From assembly GCA_964016885.1 (NCBI GenBank), contig OZ024744.1, positions 83,142,001 to 83,206,000 on the forward strand: a stretch of DNA of 64,000 nt, read 5' to 3'. Source of the DNA: Eledone cirrhosa. Its lineage: Eukaryota. The position numbers and the translations under genes were made by a program. This document shows, piece after piece, positions 27,842 to 44,017 of this stretch (the first letter of the stretch is position 1; the number at the start of each line of letters is the position of its first letter). Below the pieces are notes generated by a model. The model had not been told where the DNA came from and did no database searches. It was given only the letters and a program-made list of their open reading frames with translations.

Positions 27842-28227
27842 GGTGTTAGATATTAGAAGAAGAAGAGAAGGAAGGGAAGTGATAAATAGGGGTGATGTAG
27901 AAAGAGTAGACAAGTATTATAGAATTTGAAAATTAACGAAGAGAAAAATAATGTAAAGTTAAGGTTTGTATATTGAGGGGTTTGATAATATGTGCGAAGA
28001 AAAAATGAGTTAGATGAAAGGGAGAAGAGAATAGCGAATTGAGGGTGAATAATCTAACGTCAAAAAAAAATGTATATGTTTACGAAGGATTTTTACAAGG
28101 TGATATAGAGTAAGAATGTGTTGTATTATGTAATAATTGATTCTATGTTAGGCAGGAGTGAGAAAAGGTACAGATTAGGGGTTAGATATTAGAAGAAGAA
28201 GAGAGGAAAGGGAAGTGATAAATAGGG

Positions 28228-28422
28228 GGTACATTCTTCCCCACTATTTCACCAGATCTACCCGTGAGAGTGCCAACATTAAGTGTTGCAACTCTGAGAT
28301 GCGACGTCTTCATATTCCTGTTCTTTTTCCTGTAGTGCGATTGCTTGATGACGGTCGGGGGTTCTCGCACATGGCCTCCACACTACCGTGCGCAGCCCTA
28401 ACATGGTTAGTGTTATTGCTGT
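28228..28422 (-). mobile_element. RTE 5' fragment copied into the Penelope-like element
   Basis: Near-identical to 20426-20622, including its internal deletion junction. Confidence 0.9.
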
Positions 28423-29575
28423 TATAGAATGAAGACGCAGAAGAAACCTTCTTCCAAAAGATGTTATATTTAATATGTTTGTCTTTCAAGGACCATATGA
28501 GTTCTGAGAGAGCCGTGTTGGTTCTTTTAAGTTTGTATTTAAAAGACGAATGATGGTTATAAAGACGAGCTTTAAAAGAGGTGGAAGTGTAGCCAAAATA
28601 GGTGAAGGAATTGGTGTCAGTTATAACTTTACATTCGTAAATTAAGTTTTTATCAAGACAATGGTTGTTGAGAGGACATTTATTTTTAATAGGGCAATTG
28701 CAATTAGAGAGATTATTAATGAGTGACCTAGTGTTATCTATAGAAGGAATTGGATTGGAGAAGTTGTTTGCGATAGGAATAATAGTTTCTTGATTTAGAA
28801 TGGGATTATGAACATTTAGCGAAGTTGTGTTTGACGTTGTATTTGGGTTTGTAGAAATTAGCCTAGGGTTTACAATGACGTCGGGAGTATTATTATTATG
28901 AAATTCAGTGTTGGAAGGAAGAGATTTAGTATTTAGTATTTTATTGTTGTGTTTAGAGATAATGTTGGAAATGTTGGAGGATGTAGAATAAGAAAATTTT
29001 ATAGTGTGTTTGTTAAATATTTTACTATAGATATGTGAGGGAGGGAAGCATTTATTTAAGGCACTAAAGAATAATTTAGGAATATTGTTATTAATAGAGA
29101 TGGAGAAAGGAGCATTATACCAGATTATGTTTTGGTATCTAGGTCTTTTATTAAAGTTATTGGAATGATCATGATTAATTATTCTACTGTAATTTCGTCT
29201 AGAATTTGTTTCTTTACTATATTTGATTTTATCAGGATAGCCGGCTTTAGAAAGCGCGTTATTATAGTAATTGGCGTTAGCATCAAAGATGTTTTTATTA
29301 GAAGATAGGTTAGATATTCTTTTTCCAATATTACTAACTATAGCATTCTTGATATTAGTAGGATGGTTAGATTTAAAGTTAACATAATTTAGGTTCTCAT
29401 TGTTTTTATGGTAAGGGTAATATAGGCCAGTATCAAGATTAAGAGATACGTCCAAGAAATTAGCTAGTTTGATAGTGTTATCAAATTCAATTTTTAGGTT
29501 ATGTTGGTTAAAGAGATTACGTATATTGTTCTTAATAATATTAAGGTTAACTATGTTGCAATTAAGATAGTAATC
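28423..29575 (-). mobile_element. Penelope-like element (Neptune-type), RT C-terminus plus GIY-YIG endonuclease, truncated
   Basis: FLDVSL, YVNFKSNHP, ALSKAGY, IIWYNAPFS, CNC..CPL..CL..NLIYEC.V, YFGYT..FKARLYNH, TALSELIW.LK. Confidence 0.9.
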
Positions 29576-29704
29576 TTTTGTTCTTATATGTTCTTATATA
29601 TCTTTTGTTCTTATATATTATGTATACTCCAGTCCTACAAACTGTAGGGTGCTTCTTATCCGATATCTGCATTGCTTTATTGTACTACAATAAAACTCAC
29701 CTCC

Positions 29705-29710
<6 letters not shown>
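29575..29710 (+). mobile_element. Family A 3' tail, inverted against the 5'-truncated Penelope-like ORF
   Basis: Matches 15928-16032. Confidence 0.85.
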
Positions 29711-29796
<86 letters not shown>

Positions 29797-29806
29797 TATA
29801 TATATA

Positions 29807-29838
<32 letters not shown>

Positions 29839-30044
29839 GGAAAAATAATTAGGTTAAATTTTAAATAATAATTTTTTTAAATAAAATCGATATAGCTATA
29901 ATAGAACATTAATATTTCCCCATAATCATTACAATCATCATAAACAACATCATTATAAACATTCATATCATCGTCATAATTGTCACCGACGTAGTCATTA
30001 CAAAAGTAATCACTCTCCACATTGTTATCGTTTCACTATCATCA

Positions 30045-30316
30045 TTGATTGACAGTATCGGTAGAGGGTTGAACACCATGCTTTCCAGCATTGATTTACG
30101 GCCCTTTACGGTCTGAGTTCAAATCACGCCGTGGTTAAATTTGCCTTTCATCTTTACGGGGGGGGGGTCGATAAAATAAAGTACCAGTAATGTACTGGGG
30201 GGTTGATTTAATCGACTTTCCCCTCGCCACCAAAAAATTATTTGCCTTTTACCTAAAAAGTACCAGTAATGCACTGGGTAATTGCTGGCCTTGTGCCAAA
30301 AAGTAGAAACAATTAT
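30045..30316 (+). mobile_element. tRNA-derived SINE with duplicated 3' part
   Basis: SINE consensus with aaagtaccagtaatg present twice. Confidence 0.85.
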
Positions 30317-30334
30317 TAACATTATCACCTCACC

Positions 30335-33370
<3,036 letters not shown>

Positions 33371-33384
33371 TATATATAAATATA

Positions 33385-33980
33385 TAAAAATGGAAAAAAT
33401 GAAATTTCATTTCTCACTATTAGTACGGCTGATACTTAAATATATTTATGTATACGTACATATATATATGTATACAGACGTACAGTAGTATGTATATATA
33501 TATATACATACTTGCACACACATATATATATATATGTGCGTATGGGTTTACCGAACATTTGTTATAATGTTCGGTTTGTTTGTAAACAAACAGCCCAAAT
33601 TAAACCGTACAGTGTTCAGGCAACCATTGTTGTCCTTTTGTTCAACACTGACAAAGGAACGATGAACTAGTTTCTAGCTTATTAACTGTCATCAGCACCG
33701 TATACCTTCCTGTCAGTCAATTGAACGTTTGAAAGTATATACTTTCCTTATGCATATTAACGGCTGAGCAGCCTAATTTGCATATCGAGTGAGTTAGTCG
33801 GCCAGGCGTACCGAAAACGATAAATGGAAAAAATGAAATTTCATTTCTCATTCTTAGTACGGCTGATACTTAAATATAAGTATGTATATGTACATACATA
33901 TATGTATACAGACGTACAGTAGTATGTATATATACATGCACACATATAAATATATGTACGTATGGGTTTACCGAACATGG
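33385..33980 (-). mobile_element. Partial-tandem pLTR-like element (direct repeats 33387-33558 and 33822-33978)
   Basis: Direct repeat aaatggaaaaaatgaaatttcatttctca..tatgggtttaccgaacat with a hammerhead between the copies. Confidence 0.75.
33659..33701 (-). ncRNA. Minimal type I hammerhead ribozyme motif
   Basis: acggtg-CTGATGA-cagttaataagcta-GAAA-ctag-TT-catcgt. Confidence 0.82.
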
Positions 33981-34475
33981 GTTTACAGCATGGCCTGGAA
34001 GGCAGCCGGCACTGTGGCGACAGGAAAGTGGCTGGAAGCCGAAAGAGTCCACGGTGGATCCGCAGCGACATTGGTGTGGCTAGCAGATCCGGAGGCCGAG
34101 CCTCAAGGAAACTAGCCGTTCCTAATCAAAGCCTGTTTTGTGTCTCTGTACTTATATGCATATAAATACTTGCTACGGTTGCATAGCTTCTAATTGAATG
34201 GAAGGAAGCATGGGTGACTTGTTGGTTTAATGGTAACACATTGGTCCGGCAAACCAAAGATGTGGTTTCGTGTCACATGTATATCAACACTCATCCTTTT
34301 TTTCCATTCAGAGGGGGTTTTTTAAATCCCAACTACCTGACTAATACTATTACGGCGTAAGCTCATGTAACTACCTACCTATATACGCTAGCTTGGGCGT
34401 ATTCTAAAGCTTCGTCAATGCTGTCCTAAAATTTATATATATATATATGTGTGTGTGTATGTATATATATATGTA

Positions 34476-34506
<31 letters not shown>

Positions 34507-34508
<2 letters not shown>

Positions 34509-34690
34509 TATTCAAAATATTAATAAATGAAAAATATTCTCATAATCAAAATATATTATGAGAATATTTTTCATTTATTAATATTTTGAATAATATTAAA
34601 TACTCCAGGAATATCTACTGTCGAGTGCTTCTAACCAATTGTAAAATTGTATTCGTTGAATAATCAATGAAACATATTAATCTTTGGTTA
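34507..34690 (+). mobile_element. Foldback family D: palindrome 34507-34594 plus tail (related copy at 48881-48990, - strand)
   Basis: Inverted repeat in (TA)n. The tail carries the ACTC..GAGTGCT hairpin. Confidence 0.7.
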
Positions 34691-34995
34691 TATATATCCC
34701 AAGTTAAAAGCGACTATGGAAAAAATGCTCAATCTAGAATAAGAGAGCCTCTTTTGTTTGTAATTATATTAAGATTCATATACTTAATATCTATGCGCAA
34801 CTTTAGGTATCGGTAGTATGGTTAACAATGTGTAGCTAGCTTTAGAACGGCTACCAGATAGTTATTTTTTCTCTTTGAGCCTGACGAGTGAGGCCAGTTT
34901 TAGAACGGCTAATCCACTATTCATATATATATATATATACTTATATATCTACATAATAGTATCGTTATCTATCTATCTGTCTATCTATCTATCTC

Positions 34996-36727
34996 CGACA
35001 GGGGTGCCCTCTCTCCTCCCTTCTGTATGTAATGACTCTAGAGCCACTGCTGCGGAAGTTGGAGTTGTTGCAGGGCATCCCGTTGGAACCGGGATTGCGG
35101 AAAGCAGTGTCAGCCTACGCCGATGACGTAACAGTAATGGTGTCGACGGCCTCGGAAATCGGGGCGATCGGCACCTTACTGGAGGAGTACGAAAGGTTTA
35201 CAGGGGCTAAGCTGAACCGGGACAAGTCGATCGGTCTGCAACTCGGCACGTGGAGGGGCAGATCGATGCCCTCCGATGGCGTCGTCGGGCGCTGGACGGA
35301 GGGCCCGGTGAAGTTGCTCGGGGTCAGGTTCGGACCAGACCTCCAGGTGGAGAAGAACTGGGGTGAGGTGACGAACAGGGTGTTTGCACTGACCCAGAAG
35401 TGGGCCAGTTGCAAACTGTCCCTGAAAGGTTGGGCGGAGGTGGCGAACACTTATATAGCGTCCGTCATCTACTACCGCCTGACCGTTGTACCTTGCCCAA
35501 GGGAAACGCTCGCCAAAATGGAGCGCGCACTCTTCCAATTCCTTTGGAAGAAGCGGGCTCCTATGGTGAAGAGATCCATCTGCTGTCAACACCCTTCGAA
35601 AGGAGGGCTGGGGAAGCCGTGGCTAATGATACGTAAACACGCATTAAGGCTACGGCACCTTCAGGTATTCCTCTCCGGTCAACCGGTGTGGGCCCCGTTT
35701 GTGAGGCGAGCCTTTCCCAGACTCGTCTCACTCACCGAGCTGCAATCCTGGGTCAAGCAAAGACCGAGAAAACTGGGCGCCTGGCACACCGAGTGTGCCC
35801 AGGCGCTCACAGCTCTCTGGCAGGCGGACCCGGCTGTCAGTGGAGAATCGACCTCGTCATTTTATAGAGGGCTGGTGGTTAGCAGGTGCGACGACGCCCT
35901 CGGAGAAGCCCTAGTCATGGAGGAAGACAAACTGGCCAACCTGTTCGGTAGGACATTCAGCCCGGGACCCATGGATAACTTCCAGAGGTCCCTGGCCTGG
36001 CAGTGCTACAGAAGGGCTCTGCCCGTTCGAGAAAGGCTCTACAGACACAGGCGCCCGGGTAGGGACCCATCGAAAAAGATCTGTCCCAGATGCATGTGCG
36101 ACGAGGAAACCGTTGCACACGCACTGGTACACTGCTCGGGCATTGCCGATCTGTGGGGCTATGTCGGACGACTGCTGTCAAGGGTGGGACCGATCCGGTT
36201 GACCACCGAGTCTATTGTAACGATCAAGCCGCCTCCCCTCTTCAAAAACGAAGAAGAGGCGGTGTTTCTGTGCGTAATAGCCATGGCGAAAGAGGTTGTA
36301 TGGTGGACGCGTCTGAAAGGACTGAGGTCAGACACCTTTCTCTCTGGCCAACAACTGGTCCGTTTCTTCCGATATCATTTCGGAAGAAGGATCAGGATGG
36401 AGAGAGAGGTGCTGCACCCCAGCCGTTTTTATGAAAGATGGGTGAAAGTGGCGAGAATGGCCCGTGTGAATGGGCCTTCACTCTACATCAGACTATAGGT
36501 GCTCCTGAGGAGAAGGATTGCACACTTTTTTTCGGGGGTGTGTGCGACCCCCCAAGGCGCCTACTCTCTATTGAGGATTTTGTTATAAATTTTATTTTGT
36601 TATATTTTATTTTATTTTTATATTTTGTTATTGCCTCCTCCTTATTGAGGACGCCGTGTTATGTAAACTCCCCCCATTGTACTTGTCCCACTTTTCGATG
36701 CCCTGCTGGCAATTAAAATGAAAATTA
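34996..36727 (+). mobile_element. Tx1-like LINE, 5'-truncated copy 1 (RT C-terminal half plus zinc-knuckle)
   Basis: ORF 35032..36498: SAYADDVTV, LNRDKS, GGLG, CPRC..ETVAHALVHC. Flanked by (ATCT)n. Confidence 0.92.
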
Positions 36728-36747
36728 TCTATATCTATCTATCTATC

Positions 36748-39700
36748 AATAAAAACACAAGGGCCTACTTCACCCAGGCAGGGGATTTCCCCCACCTCAA
36801 AATGATTAAGGCCCCACAGGACACCTATAAAACATTAAAAAACAATTTTAAAGAGGACGTGGGTCCCCCCTGCGTCGGGCCCATTAACCGCGTCCTCCTA
36901 AAAAACTATCCCACCCCCTCCCCAAACACCCACACAACTCCAAGCTCCCCAACCACACAACACACTGATGCCCCCACACTTCCACAAACCACCACCCCAC
37001 CCAACAACCCATCCCCCACCCTAATGGAAATTGTGCAGCCCGATACCCGGGACGCAGAGAGGTAAGTGCCTTTTCTCTTCACCACCAACATGGCTATGGT
37101 AAGAGTAGGCTGTTTAAATGCGCGTGGCCTGGGCTCAACTTGGAAGCAAGCAATGCTTCTAAATGACCTCAGGTCACAACGTATAGATGTGATGGTTATT
37201 TGCGAGGCCCGGATCAGCAACGTGCGACAGCTGGCCGCCACCTTTGATGACTTTGAGATGCACGCATCTCTCTGTCAGCCCGGAGGTGGGGGTGGAGTTG
37301 TCGTTCTGCTGCAAAAACATCTGGGTCTCGCAACACAGATGGTACATTTGGACCCGGAGGGTCGACTAGTGGTTCTGGACCTTGGCAGTGGTAAAGGCGG
37401 AGCGTTTAGGTTGGTAGCCGCCTACGGCCCTTTCGGGTCAATGCGGCCGGACTTCTTCCATCGTCTGGAGACTTTTCTAGGGACGTCCCGCTCCTTGCTA
37501 TTAGTGGGGGACTGGAATGGTATCCTAGATGCACGCTGGGACTACGTAGGGGCCTGCCCCGATAGAGAGGAGAGGGGTGTAATAGCCTCAAAGGGTTAAT
37601 CGGTCGATTTGACCTGGCCGATAGATATCGACTAGATTTTCCGACTGCGCCAACCTGGACTTGGGCAAATCGTAGCGGATCATCTAGGTCGTACCTAGAT
37701 AGATTCTTAGTTAGAATGAAGGATAAGGACTTTTTAAGTTGTCCAAAAATGCGCATGGTTGGCTATTCAGACCACAAATTAGTGACCTGCATGGTCAACC
37801 TTGACAGAACTCATTTGACAGGGCCCCGGTTACTGGAAGCTCAACTTGTCCTTGCCGGCAAGTAGAGCCTACAGGAATCGGATTAGTACGTTAGTTAAGG
37901 AACGGTTGACTGGAGCGATCGTCAACAGCAGGTGGTGGGTATCTCTAAAGAGAGAGATTAGAGTAGTCTCGATAGAATTTAGCAAGGTTCTAGCTGCGGA
38001 TAGGAATAGGAAGGAAAGGGAGCTAATAGATAGAGTAGAAGAGGCAATTAGAAGCGGCGACGTGGCCAGAGTGCTAGCGTCGAGAACGGATTTGAGCCAG
38101 TTTTTCGACGCGAAGAACGAAGGCTGCGTTGTCCGAAGTAAAATACGTGCTCTAGGGAACGAGGGGACCAAAGCTGTTAGCTGGGCCCGCGTGACAGAGG
38201 CGAACAGTGGAACTAAATCCACCATCCGGTCTTTGCGAGACCTGGATGGACGGGCGATTCTTGAGCCTAAGCAGATGTGTGAGGCCTTTCAAAGGCACTT
38301 TGCCGGATTGTTCGGAAGGGGCGGGGAGCCGGTTGGGGATGTGGACTTCGGTCCATACCTCGACGGCCTGCCGCGCCTCTCGGACAGGGAGGCGAAGTCC
38401 TGCGAGGAGCCGATTTCGGCCGCTGAGATAGAGGACGTGCTGAGCCAATGCGGCAAACGCAAATCCCCGGGTCTCGATGGTCTTCCTTACGAATTATATC
38501 AAGCTATGCCGGACTTGTTCCCCGATCTCCTCGAGGCGGTCTACTGCAACTGGCAACAGAACGGGAGAATTCCCTGTACTGTGACCAAGGGCGTAGTCAC
38601 GCTAGTGAGGAAGGACGAGAACAAGGGGGACGAAATAAGTAACTTCAGGCCCATAACTCTGCTAAATACAGAGTTACAGATTTTGGCCAAGGTGCTAGCA
38701 AAGAGGTTGGCGCTTGTCGTGGGCAACCTGGTGGGAGATGCGCAGATATGAGTTATCCCGTCCAGGTCCATCCATGACAACCTCCACCTCATGCGATACA
38801 TCATAGAGAGGGTTGGGAACGAACCCGGCTTTGGTGGGGCTCTGATCAACTTGGATCAATCTAAGGCGTTCGATAGGGTCGACCATGGTTACCTGGATGC
38901 GGTGCTAGCGGCGGCAGGCTTCGGACCCGTTTTCAGGGGCTGGATCACTGCTATGCACAGCAGCCGCATCTGCTCTAGGGTCAAGGTGAACGGCTACCTC
39001 TCGGAGCCGTTCAAAATCGCGCGGTCCATCCGACAAGGGCGCCCTCTCTCCTCCCTTCTGTATGTGTTGACTCTCGAGCCACTACTGCGGAAGTTGGAGT
39101 TGTTGCAGTAATGGTGTCGACGGCCTCCGAAATCGAGGCGGTCGGCACCTTACTGGAGGAGTACGAAGAGTTCACAGGGGCTACGCTGAACCGGGACAAG
39201 TCGATCGGTTTGAAACTCGGCACGTGGAGGGGCAGACCGATGCCCTCCGATGGCGTCGTCGGACGCTGGACGGAGGGCCCGGTGAAGTTGCTCGGGGTCT
39301 GGTTCGGACCGGACCTCCAGGTGGAGAAAAACTGGGCGGAGGTTACGAACAGGGTGATTGCACTGACCCAGAAGTGGGCCAGTTGCAAACTATCCCTGAA
39401 AGGTCGGGCGGAGGTGGCGAACACTTATATAGCGTCCGTCATCTACTACCGCCTGACCGTAGTGCCCTGCCCAAGGGAAACCCTCACCAAGATGGAGCGC
39501 GCGCTCTTCCAATTCCTTTGGAAGAGGCGGGCTCCTATGGTGAGGAGATCCATCTGCTGTCAACACCCTTCGAAAGGAGGGCTGGGGATGCCGTGGCTAA
39601 TGATGCGTAAACACGCATTAAGGCTACGGCACCTCTACGTATTCCTCACCGGACAACCGGTGTGGGCCTCGTTTGTGAGACGAACCTTTCCCAGACTCGT

Positions 39701-40737
39701 CTCACTCACCGAGCTGCAATCCTGGGTCAAGCAAAGACCGAGAAAACTGGGCGCCTGGCACACTGAGTGTGCCCAGGCGCTCACCGCCCTCTGGCAGGCG
39801 GATCCGGTTGTCAGTGGAGACTCCACCGCAACATTCTATAGAGGGCTGGTACGCAGCAGGTGCGACGACGCCCTCGGAGAAGCCCTAGACATGGAGGAGG
39901 ACGAACTGGCCAGCCTGTTCGGTAGGACATTCAGCCCGGGACCTATGGACAACTTCCAGAAGTCCCTGGCCTGGCAGTGCTACCGAGGGGCTTTACCCGT
40001 TCGAGAAAGGCTCTACAGACACGGGCGCCCGGGTAGGGACCCCGCCAAAAAGATCTGTCCCAGATGCGTGTGCGACGAGGAAACCGTTGCACACGCACTG
40101 GTACACTGCTCGGGCGTAGCCGATCTGTGGGGCTATGTCGAACAACTGCTGTCAAGGGTGGGACCGATCCGGTTGACCACCGAGTCTATTGTAATGATCA
40201 AGCCGCCTCCCCCCTTCAAAGATGAAGCAGAGGCAGTGTTTCTGTGCGTAATAGCCATGGCGAAAGAGGTTGTATGGTGGACGCGTCTGAAAGGACTGAG
40301 GTCAGGCACCTTTCTCTCTGGCCAACAACTGGTCCGTTTCTTCCGATATCATTTCGGAAGAAGGATCAGGATGGAGAGAGAGGTGCGGCACCCCAGTCGT
40401 TTTTATGAAAGGTGGGTGAAAGTGGCGAGAATGGCCCGTGTGAATGGGCCTTCTCTTTACATAAGCCTGTAGGTGGAAAAGAGGAAGGAACGAGGGAGCA
40501 CCTCCTCTCTGTGCTCCTGAGGAAAAGGGTTGCACACTTTTTTCGGGGGTGTGTGCGACCCCCCCCAAGGCGCCTCCTCTCTATTGAGGATTTTGTTAAA
40601 AATTTTATTTTTTGTTATATCTTATTTTATTTTTATATTTTGTTGTTGCCTCCTCCTTATTGAGGACGCCTTTTTGTGTAAACTCCCCCCTTTGTACTTG
40701 TCCCACTTTTGATGCCCTAGTGGCAAATAAAAGAAAC

Positions 40738-40740
<3 letters not shown>
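36748..40740 (+). mobile_element. Tx1-like LINE copy 2 (ORF1 end, APE, RT), disrupted
   Basis: GCLNARGL, GDWN, YLDRF and SDH (APE); KSPGLDG, NFRPITLLN, LDQSKAFDRVDH, RQG (RT). Frameshift near 37590, stop at 38751, deletion of the YADD motif at 39108. (ATCT)n tail. Confidence 0.93.
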
Positions 40741-40772
<32 letters not shown>

Positions 40773-40773
<1 letters not shown>

Positions 40774-41548
40774 GTCCCTGACCTGGCAGTGCTACCGAGG
40801 GGCTTTACCCGTTCGAGAAAGGCTCTACAGACACGGGCGCCCGGGTAGGGACCCCGCCAAAAAGATCTGTCCCAGATGCGTGTGCGACGAGGAAACCGTT
40901 GCACACGCATTGGTACACTGCTCGGGCGTAGCCGATCTGTGGGGCTATGTCGAACAACTGCTGTCAAGGGTGGGACCGATCCGGTTGACCACCGAGTCTA
41001 TTGTAATGATCAAGCCGCCTCCCCCCTTCAAAGATGAAGCAGAGGCGGTGTTTCTGTGCGTAATAGCCATGGCGAAAGAGGTTGTATGGTGGACGCGTCT
41101 GAAAGGACTGAGGTCAGGCACCTTTCTCTCTGGCCAACAACTGGTCCGTTTCTTCCGATATCATTTCGGAAGAAGCATCAGGATGGAGAGAGAGGTGCTG
41201 CACCCCAGTCGTTTTTATGAAAGGTGGGTGAAAGTGGCGAGAATGGCCCGTGTGAATGGGCCTTCTCTTTACATAAGCCTGTAGGTGGAAAAGAGGAAGG
41301 AACGAGGGAGCACCCCCTCTCTGTGCTCCTGAGGAAAAGGGTTGCACACTTTTTTCGGGGGTGTGTGCGACCCCCCAAGGCGCCTCCTCTCTATTGAGGA
41401 TTTTTGTTAAAAATTTTATTTTTTGTTATATCTTATTTTATTTTTATATTTTGTTATTGCCTCCTCCTTATTGAGGACGCCTTTTTGTGTAAACTCCCCC
41501 CTTTGTACTTGTCCCACTTTTGATGCCCTAGTGGCAAATAAAAGAAAC

Positions 41549-41550
<2 letters not shown>
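40773..41550 (+). mobile_element. Tx1-like LINE copy 3 (3' end), in the (ATCT)n tail of copy 2
   Basis: Near-identical to 39962-40740. Confidence 0.93.
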
Positions 41551-41584
<34 letters not shown>

Positions 41585-41771
41585 ATGGCTAGTTAGCAAC
41601 TTACGTTTTTATCCCTCTGCCTGGCAATCAATCAATAGTTATATATTTATGTATATTTACCGATGTATCTATGTTGGGACAAAAAGAGCAATAATATCAA
41701 CAAAGTATAAATCGCAATAATTATTAGAAAATATACAGATACATAGGTATATATATAAATATAACCTCTAC

Positions 41772-41934
<163 letters not shown>

Positions 41935-42065
41935 GAGGTTATAATTAATTTGTTGGGATTCAACAATGCGCACCATAAATTGCCTTGTTGGCCATTGAAA
42001 TATGTATAATAAAATGAATATGGTTTTATAAATATAGTTTCCATTTATTAATATATTGTATATAT

Positions 42066-42163
<98 letters not shown>

Positions 42164-42498
42164 ATGCCTATTTCATGAACATGCCTAATTTAACTGTTCA
42201 AATAAACATCGCTAGTATTAAAATTCTTAATGGTCAAGTCTTGAAAAATTCCATAGTTTGTTTCATATGTGAAATAATAGTGTGGGAATATATATCTCAC
42301 AATGACGATTTAATCTGTTACACCACTATTTCCATTATCCTATATTTCCTAATACAAAACACAGTTAAAATATTCGGAATATGAGTGTGAAGGGCTTTTC
42401 CAATATTAACTGAACGTTATTTTTCTAAACTAAACGAACACCATCATAGAATTGTATTTGATATAAAGTGTTTTAAAAAGAACAAATCAACATACATA

Positions 42499-42650
<152 letters not shown>

Positions 42651-42677
42651 CCCCTCTCTCTCTCTATATATATATAT

Positions 42678-42984
42678 ATGAAAATGTTCAAGACGCCGAC
42701 GGCAGTGCTGAAGCCTTTGCCACGGCTATTTCCAGAAGTAGCCGTCGAAACGGTTTGAGCATTGCCGTCGGAAGTAAAGCATAATCGAAGCTCTGGCTGC
42801 AGGTAAGCTAACGAATGCAGTTGGAATGTGCAGCTAAGCACTCAATAAGGTATTTTACCTTAGAGTTATAACAATACGTTTAAACAGCTATATATTTATA
42901 TATATATATAGGAAAATATTCAAGACCCTGACTGCGGAGCTCAAGCCGTTTCACCGGCTATTTGTGGACTCCAGAAATAGCCGT

Positions 42985-42990
<6 letters not shown>
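42678..42990. mobile_element. Family B variant: small palindrome 42680-42771, tail 42772-42890 (-) and end fragment 42910-42986
   Basis: Homologous to 17782-17894 and 50090-50272. Confidence 0.75.
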
Positions 42991-43072
<82 letters not shown>

Positions 43073-43076
<4 letters not shown>

Positions 43077-43492
43077 AGGAAGTTATAATTCACTTGAAGC
43101 ATTGTGTAATGAGGTATAAAGGTTTGTATATGTATAATAAAGCCCAAAACAATGCAGGTATGGACATAGATTAAAAAAAGCAAATGTAAAAGATATTGTT
43201 GACAATTAGTCTTTTACCTTAGATTTATTTAAATGTCCTTAATTTTCGAGATAATATCTCTTCTTCGGAGGCAAGTAAAGCGGTTAAACTAGTGTTCTAA
43301 ACTTGGCAAGCTATTTAGAACACTGGTTTAACCGCTTTACTTCCCTCCGAAGAAGAGATATTATCTCGAAAATTAAGGACATTCAAATAAATCTAAGGTA
43401 AAAGACTAATTGTCAACAATATCTTTTACATTTGCATTCTTTATTCTATGTCCATACCTGCATTGTTTTGGCTTTATTATACATATACAAAC
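43073..43492. mobile_element. Foldback family E: ~370 bp palindrome plus tail, with a variant hammerhead at 43344-43378
   Basis: Arms 43123-43295 and 43312-43492. cct-CCGAAGA-agagata/tatctc-GAAA-at-TA-agg. Confidence 0.78.
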
Positions 43493-43504
43493 ATATATAT
43501 ATAT

Positions 43505-43671
43505 ATAAAGAATTCCCTTTTCTTTAAACCCATCAACCAATGACCTCCACCCATCTTAATCACCACCCTCTCCTACCACCAGAAAAGATATAATTACCAC
43601 CATATTACTTGAACAGTCAGCTTCCTTATGATTTCTCACGAATGAAACAGTTCTATTCCTGTAGAAGCTTT

Positions 43672-43680
<9 letters not shown>
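43505..43680 (+). mobile_element. pLTR-like element with a hammerhead-like motif at 43619-43669 (copies at 48998-49348 and 49590-49640)
   Basis: agcttc-CTTATGA-tttctcacgaat-GAAA-cag..ctg-TA-gaagct. The 49590 relative has CTGATGA. Confidence 0.7.
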
Positions 43681-43725
<45 letters not shown>

Positions 43726-43730
<5 letters not shown>

Positions 43731-43931
43731 AACAAGTAAGACCCCGACGGCAGAGCTCAAGCCGTTTCGACGGGTAATTCGTGAATTCTAAATGAGTCCA
43801 GAATTAGCCGTCGAAACGGCTTGAGCTCTGCCGTCGGGGTCTTACTTGTTCCTATTACCCACTCTACTATCCTAAGTATTGAGTACTTTGGTGCGTTATG
43901 GTCCATCTGGTTCCTTACCACATTTCCTTCG

Positions 43932-43933
<2 letters not shown>
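43726..43933 (+). mobile_element. Foldback family B: palindrome plus tail
   Basis: Inverted arms 43726-43780 and 43801-43855, in (TA)n. Confidence 0.85.

Positions 43934-44011
<78 letters not shown>

Positions 44012-44017
<6 letters not shown>

Noticed and set aside
27842-28230. 50 bp direct repeat at 27845 and 28181 as a pLTR boundary
   Set aside because: It is adjacent to the assembly gap and has no ribozyme or tail motif, so it cannot be interpreted.
28310-29455. 381-aa ORF as a novel intact protein
   Set aside because: It is a truncated PLE RT/GIY-YIG fused by chance to an RTE 5' fragment.
37060-37068. AG|GTAAGT splice-donor-like site at the Tx1 ORF1 stop
   Set aside because: It is a single motif with no supporting exon or acceptor context.
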